Of a stretch of DNA of 64,000 nt, positions 59,085 through 64,000 are shown one piece after another. Below the pieces are notes generated by a model. That model saw only the letters and a program-made list of their open reading frames with translations. It made no database searches and was not told the origin of the DNA. The stretch is from an uncultured Chloroflexia bacterium. GTDB taxonomy: Bacteria; Chloroflexota; Limnocylindria; Limnocylindrales; CSP1-4. The stretch covers positions 67,523 through 131,522 of the forward strand of contig CAVPHR010000006.1 in NCBI GenBank assembly GCA_963704775.1. The letters are read 5' to 3'. Within the stretch, counting starts at the first letter, position 1. The number at the start of each line of letters is the position of its first letter. The position numbers and the translations under genes are program-made.

Positions 59085-60023
59085 ATGCAGACGATCGCCA
59101 TCGGCGCCGACCCGGTCATCCGGGTGCGCGGTCTGGTCAAGCGCTACGGCGACCTGGTCGCGGTCGACGGCATCGACTTCGAGGTCGCGCGTGGCGAGAT
59201 CTTCGGCCTCCTCGGGCCGAACGGTGCCGGCAAGACCACGACCGTCGAGATCCTGGAGGGGCTTCGCTCGCCGGACGCGGGCGAGACGACGGTGCTCGGA
59301 CTCGACGTCGCCAAGGATGCGACCGCGCTCAAGCCGCGCATCGGCGTCAGCCTCCAGACCGCGGCGCTGTACCCGAAGCTCACGGTCATCGAACTCATCG
59401 ACCTGTTCCGGAGCTTCTACAAGACATCGCGTCCCACGGCCGAGCTGATCGACGCGCTCGAGCTCGGGGAGCGCAAGCACGCCCGGACCAGCGAGTTGTC
59501 GGGCGGCCAGCGGCAACGCCTCGCGGTCGCCCTGGCCCTGGTCAACGACCCCGAGCTGGTCTTCCTCGACGAGCCGACGACCGGCCTGGACCCGGCCGCT
59601 CGACGGGCACTGTGGGACCTGGTCCTCGATCTCAAGCGCAAGGGCCGGACCGTGCTCCTGACGACGCACTACATGGAGGAGGCGGAGCTTCTGTGCGACC
59701 GGCTCGCGATCATGGACCACGGCCACATCCTCGAGATGGGGACCGTGCAGGAGCTCGTCTCGAAGCGGTTCCAGGAGCGGGCCGTCCAGTTCGACTCGCT
59801 GGAAGCCGTCGCCGACAGCGATCTGGCGGCGATGCCGGCGGTGACGAGCGTCAAGCACGATGCCGGCGTGTCGCTGCTATACACGCGGGACGTCGCGGCG
59901 ACCATCGGGGCGCTGCTGGCCCTCACCGAAACGCGCGGGCTCGAACCCCAGAACCTCCTCGTGCGCCGGGCGACCCTCGAGGACGTCTTCCTCGACCTGA
60001 CCGGACGGGCGCTCCGTGACTGA
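59085..60023 (+). CDS. ABC transporter ATP-binding protein (ABC-2/DrrA-like exporter subunit)
   Basis: Intact 312-aa ORF with Walker [13 protein letters not shown], signature LSGGQRQRLAVA and Walker B VFLDEPTTGLD. Confidence 0.92.
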   Translation: MQTIAIGADPVIRVRGLVKRYGDLVAVDGIDFEVARGEIFGLLGPNGAGKTTTVEILEGLRSPDAGETTVLGLDVAKDATALKPRIGVSLQTAALYPKLTVIELIDLFRSFYKTSRPTAELIDALELGERKHARTSELSGGQRQRLAVALALVNDPELVFLDEPTTGLDPAARRALWDLVLDLKRKGRTVLLTTHYMEEAELLCDRLAIMDHGHILEMGTVQELVSKRFQERAVQFDSLEAVADSDLAAMPAVTSVKHDAGVSLLYTRDVAATIGALLALTETRGLEPQNLLVRRATLEDVFLDLTGRALRD

Positions 60024-60039
60024 CGGGCGACGCTGACCG

Positions 60040-61132
60040 ATGCAGGCGCTGTTCGCCCTGACCCTGGCCAACATCCGGAGCTACGTCCGCGATCGCGCGG
60101 CCCTGTTCTGGACGCTCGCGTTCCCGCTGGTCTTCATCGTCATGTTCGGCCTGATCTTCCAGGGAGGCGGTGGACCCTCGCTGACCCTCGCCTTCGTCGA
60201 CGACGACGGCGGGGCCGGGTCGGCGGCGCTGCATGAGCTCTTCAAGAGCCAGGACGGCGTCGAGCCTGGTCGACACGACCCAGGCCGACGCGATCGATCA
60301 GATGAAGCTCGGCAAGGTCGACGCGATCATCGTCGTGCCGAAGGGCTACACAGCCGGCCTTGTCGCGAGCGCGACGGGGCCCGCGACGCCCTCCCAGATC
60401 GCGGTCTACACGGACCCGACGCGTCAGCAGCTTGCGGGTTCGGTCTACCAGGTGGTCGGGGGCGTGCTCGGCGTCGTCAACCTCGGCGGCAAGCCTCCGC
60501 TCGTGGTCCCGAAGCCGGAGACGGTCCAGACCGAGAATCTCAACTTCATCAGCTACTTCGTGCCGAGCATGCTCGGGCTCTCGGTGATGCAGGTCGGGAT
60601 CTTCGCCGCCATCCCGCTGGTCGCCGATCGCGAGAAGGGCATCCTCAAGCGTCTGGCCGCCACGCCGCTGCGGCGCTGGCAGCTGGTCGGCTCGAACGTG
60701 ATGATGCGACTCCTCATCGCGCTCGCCCAGACGATCATCATCGTCGCCGTCGGGACGCTGGCGTTCGGCGTCGAGATCGTCGGCTCGATGATCGTCACGT
60801 TCGCATTCGTCGTCCTGGGGGCGGTGACGTTCCTCGCGCTCGGGTACGTGATCGCATCGTTCGCAACCACCGAGGACTCGGCGAACGGGATGACGAGCAT
60901 GATCCAGTTCCCGATGATGTTCCTGTCCGGGGCGTTCTTCCAGATCGACCAGATGCCCCAGTTCCTGCAGGTCATCGCTCGGGTCATCCCGTTGACCTAT
61001 CTCGCCGACGCGCTGCGCCAGGTCATGGTCGGGGGCGCCCCGTTCGCCCCGCTGTGGGTGTGCGTCGCCGTGCTTCTTGGCTGGCTGGTCGTGTGCTTCG
61101 GGATCGCGTCGGTGAAGTTCCGCTGGCAGTAG
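60040..61132 (+). CDS. ABC-2 type transporter permease, one frameshift near 60255
   Basis: The N-terminus from ORF 60040..61194 is MQALFALTLANIRSYVRDRAALFWTLAFPLVFIVMFGLIF. The rest comes from ORF 60233..61132: ...REKGILKRLAATPLRRWQLVGSNVMMRLL... and SMIQFPMMFLSGAFF. Confidence 0.85.
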
Positions 61133-61138
61133 GCGCCG

Positions 61139-61673
61139 CTACCAGCGTTCCTCGTGGACCAGCTCGTCCCGCGACACGCGGCCGCCGGCCTTGAGCGGCC
61201 GGGTCAGGTCGGAGGGATCGGCCGGGTAGCCGAACGAGAGCAGGAACTCGCAGTGCTGGTCGGCCGGATAGCCGAGCAGTCGCCGGGCGAGGTCGTGCTC
61301 GTAGACGGTCGCGGGCACGCTGCCGATCCCGAGCTCCCAGGCCGCCAGCATCATGTTCTCGGCCGCCTGGCCGAGGTCGAACAGCACCGAGAGCGGCGCG
61401 TCGGTCGTGGCCGGGTCCGGGGTCACGAGGGCGATCCCGACGGCCGCTCCCGCGAGATGGCCGGCGTACGGCCCGACGTGTGACAGCTCGCGCAGATGGG
61501 CCCGGTCGCGACAGACGATGAACGCCCAGCGCTGCGAGTTCTTCGAGCTGCCGGCACGACGCGCCGCGTCGAGGATCCGCTCGAGATGCGCCGGCTCGAG
61601 CGGGCGGTCGGCGAAGGCGCGGATGGCGCGCTTCGCGATGGATCGCGTCCCAGACCGGGTCGTCGTCGTTCAT
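61139..61673 (-). CDS. nitroreductase family protein, frameshifted (at least 2)
   Basis: The ATG at 61673 (MNDDDPVWDAI...) overlaps the upstream stop (ATGA). Off-frame pieces are RAGSSKNSQRWAFIV and, from ORF 61139..61426, LFDLGQAAENMMLAAWELGIGSVPATVYE...LLSFGYPAD. Confidence 0.75.
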
Positions 61674-62795
61674 TCGATCACCTGTTCGTCGACGACCGGC
61701 ACGGGCGCGGGTGCCCGCGTCGCGCCCGGCAGCGCGACCTGGGCCAGGGTCCGGAAGCCGCCGGGCGTGTCCTCGATCGCGCCGAACCGTGGCTCCGCAT
61801 CGGGGATCCGCTCGGCCGGGGTCGCGGCGGCGAGCTCGCCGGCCGCGTCGGGCTCCATCGGCCCGCCGAACGCGCGGGCCACGAAGCTCGCCACCGCCCG
61901 GCGATAGGCCGGGATCTCGTACAGCCAGGAGTGCTGGCCCTCGGGGATCAGCACGGTCTCGACCGGGGCGGCATCGTCCACCCCGCTGGCGTCCGTGACG
62001 CGCCCGGCCCGAGCTGCCGCGGCGAGTCGTGCCATGTGGGCGGGCGGCACGACGGTGTCCTGCTCACCGTGCGCCAGCAGCACCGGGCCGTGGTATCGGG
62101 CGATCGCATCCGAGGCGCTGACGTCGCGGACCACATGTCCGCGGGGCCGCAGGTAGACGCGCGTGGTCAGCCACGCAAGGGGGTAGGCGATCGGATCGGG
62201 GATCGGCAGATGGGCGAGCCGGAAGGTCTGGCGCGTGAGGCGGTACGGGTCCGCCGGCGTCGAGCTCGCGACGAGGACCGCGGTCCGCGGGTCCGCGGCG
62301 GCCGCCAGGATGGCCCCGATGCCGCCGAGCGAGTGCCCGACGAGGCCGCCCGCCGTCACCTCCGGACGAGCCAGCAGCGCGTCGAGCGCGGCCAGTGTGT
62401 CGAGCCCGAACTCGCCGGCGCTGAGCGGGAGCTCCTCGGGCGCATTCGCCCCGTGGCCCCGGACGTCGAAGGTCAGGCAGTGGTAGCCGACCGCGTGGAG
62501 GAACACGGCCATCGGCAGGGTCCGGTCCCTCGCCGACTCCCAGCCATGGACGAGGACCACGCCCGGGCCGGATGCCCCGTCCGCGTGCCGGGATGAACCA
62601 GGCGGGAAGGTCGACGCCAGCGGAGCGCACCGTCGTGGTCTCGAAGGGCAGTCCGAGGGCGCCGGGCGTGACGTGTGGCGGGTGCTGTCGCGGATACCCG
62701 GCGCGGACCCGGTACGCGAGGGCGAATCGATACGCCAGCCCGGCCGGCACGGCGGCCGCAGCCGCCAACAGACCGGCCCGACGGACTCTCCCCAT
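61670..62795 (-). CDS. alpha/beta hydrolase, one frameshift near 62570
   Basis: The N-terminal anchor and FETTTVRSAGVDLPAWFIPAR come from ORF 62064..62831. The rest comes from ORF 61670..62560: VLVHGWESARDR..., LVGHSLGGIGAILAA (GxSxG) and VLLAHGEQDTVVP. Confidence 0.8.
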
Positions 62796-62869
62796 GTGGG
62801 AAGGGGACGGCACGGACCGTGACCCTGTCAAGCGTCGGGGCCGCCGGCACGCCCCGTTACACTGGCTTG

Positions 62870-63589
62870 ATGGCGAAACGCGACCCGCGCGAAGTCCTCG
62901 GCGTCGACGCCGGGGCCTCGGCGACGCAGATCAAGGCGGCCTGGCGGCGGCTGGCCCGGGCGCACCATCCCGACCTGACGGGCGACGACCCGGCGGCCTC
63001 GCGGGTCGCCACACGCCAGATGGCCGAGATCAACGACGCCTATGCCGCGCTGACCCGAACGGACGGGTCCGGCCGAGGTCGGGGCGCGGCCGACGACGAG
63101 GCGCCGTTCGACGCCACCGCTCCCCGGCGAGGCGGGCCGCCGCGGCCCAAGCCCTCACCGCCGGTGACGGGGCGGGTGGACATGAGTGCCACCTACCGGC
63201 CGCGCAACCAGGTCGCGGGGAACCCATCGCGTCGCGTGCCGCTGGCCGGACAGCCGCCGCTGCGGGGCAGCCAGGTCGATCGCGAGCCGCCGCGGGCCTC
63301 GACCCCGACCGGGCCGCCGGTCAAGGGCCGCATCCGCCACTTCCGCCGTCCGACCCCGCCATCGCTGGACCGCGCGTCGAACCACATGGTCGAATTCGGC
63401 AAGTTCCACGGCCACACGCTGGGCCAGATCGCCGCCTTCGAGCCGTCCTACATCGACTGGCTCGCGGGCACGGTCACGCGCGACCCCGATCTCGTCGCCG
63501 CCGCCCGGGTCATCCGTGGCGACCTCGACCGACGCGGCGTCCTGCGCCGCACGCGCCCGACACCGGAGCGCCCCGGCCGCTCGGCCTGA
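62870..63589 (+). CDS. J-domain protein with C-terminal FGK(F)HG...YIDWL motif domain
   Basis: Lies within ORF 62675..63589 with ATG at 62870. The J domain is DPREVLGVDAGASATQIKAAWRRLARAHHPDL (HPD motif). A Pro/Arg-rich linker follows. The C-terminal VEFGKFHGHTLGQIAAFEPSYIDWLAG resembles the short ExoX-C-terminal/DUF3820-type module (recalled, not verified). Confidence 0.8.
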   Translation: MAKRDPREVLGVDAGASATQIKAAWRRLARAHHPDLTGDDPAASRVATRQMAEINDAYAALTRTDGSGRGRGAADDEAPFDATAPRRGGPPRPKPSPPVTGRVDMSATYRPRNQVAGNPSRRVPLAGQPPLRGSQVDREPPRASTPTGPPVKGRIRHFRRPTPPSLDRASNHMVEFGKFHGHTLGQIAAFEPSYIDWLAGTVTRDPDLVAAARVIRGDLDRRGVLRRTRPTPERPGRSA

Positions 63590-63607
63590 CCCTGCGCCGG
63601 ACGCGAA

Positions 63608-63633
63608 AACGCCCTCCGATACCGGAGGGCGTT
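63608..63633 (+). terminator. hairpin terminator (could act in both directions)
   Basis: The 11-bp perfect stem AACGCCCTCCG / CGGAGGGCGTT encloses the loop ATAC, 19 nt after the J-protein stop. The downstream tract CTGTTCG is a weak U-run. On the minus strand the hairpin is followed by TTTCGCG. Confidence 0.6.
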
Positions 63634-64000
63634 CTGTTCGCTGAATGAAGAGAAGCGATGACTGCTGCCGTCCCGACGGTCCACCAGGCCTGCTGGCCGA
63701 AGAACCTGTTATTCGGCTCGTGATCCAGATCCGGGGTCGCCCGATCGAACCTTCCTCGATCGCTTGTCCGTCTCCGGTTCCGTGACCGACGCCCCAGGAT
63801 TTTGTCCCGGTACGATCGCGGGTCGGCGTAGGCAGCACATTAGGACGATGGGCGGTCCGGGGCAATGGCACCCTTTTCCCCCTCGGCCCGGGGTCATAGG
63901 TCGGGCGCACGCGCGCACCACTTTGGTACCGAAGTACCAGGTGCAGGCAGGCACCATCGGCGGCGCGTCGCATCCGGTCTTGGGTACGATCGCGCACGAT

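Noticed and set aside
63640-63900. TPP, cobalamin or ydaO riboswitch, RNase P, tmRNA or SRP RNA assignment for the terminal non-coding region
   Set aside because: I found only fragmentary resemblances (e.g. GATCTGGAT, GGAGAC). The diagnostic boxes are absent: GAGGAAAGTCCGG for RNase P, a tRNA-like 3' end for tmRNA, GGAAGCAGC for SRP RNA. No regulated gene follows on the minus strand.
63709-63957. Cys-rich 82-aa ORF (MVPACTWYFGTKVVRACARP...CHCPGPPIVLMCCL) as a possible small secreted or RiPP-like peptide
   Set aside because: It has no SD or plausible promoter, no partner genes and Gly/Pro/Arg-rich filler. The region contains stable hairpins, which are better explained as non-coding RNA or intergenic DNA. 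It is kept only as part of the ncRNA candidate.

Overview
High-GC chromosomal segment (about 70% GC from spot counts). It looks Actinomycetota-like: sortase, BldC/excisionase-type small HTH, TipA-type MerR regulator, DUF4032, leaderless-type promoters. This assignment is inference; no rRNA or other marker gene is present. I can support about 58 protein-coding genes, 2 tRNAs (Glu-CUC, Arg-UCU), 3 hairpin terminators, 2 promoter or operator elements and 2 in-frame tandem repeats. I saw no CRISPR array, transposase, integrase or prophage. Main blocks: (i) 0-8 kb, adenosine deaminase, ArsR-type regulator, acyl-CoA dehydrogenase, sortase, lipoprotein and a large FG-GAP surface protein. (ii) 8.2-22 kb, one tightly packed minus-strand cluster of eight genes: large signal-peptide protein, ABC ATPase, ABC-2 permease, coiled-coil (GQ)n protein, MoxR AAA+, DUF58 and two VWA proteins. 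(iii) 22-30 kb, DUF1015, hydrolase, tRNA-Glu, PrsW plus S1 protease, DUF1611 plus enolase-type epimerase. (iv) 30-38 kb, an accessory-looking stretch: orphan SPPY DNA methyltransferase, a leaderless small ORF, a three-gene small-protein operon, and a ~1,340-aa TIR-STAND-TM-repeat gene in a lower-GC patch abutting tRNA-Arg. (v) 38-47 kb, MFS, S9 peptidase, GT2, APC permease and a KdpD-C-terminal/KdpE-like two-component pair. (vi) 47-64 kb, mostly intact regulators, metabolic genes and transporters, including an ECF sigma factor translationally coupled to an Ogt + Ada-zinc-domain fusion. Key caveat: between about 11 and 47 kb, and again at 60-62.6 kb, most genes are split by single-nucleotide frameshifts and I rebuilt them by hand from ORF-track fragments. 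Their ends and indel positions are approximate, and I cannot tell assembly error from real pseudogenisation. The two best candidates for something new are the membrane-spanning TIR-STAND gene and the ECF-sigma/Ogt-Ada module. Both are hypotheses from domain reading only.
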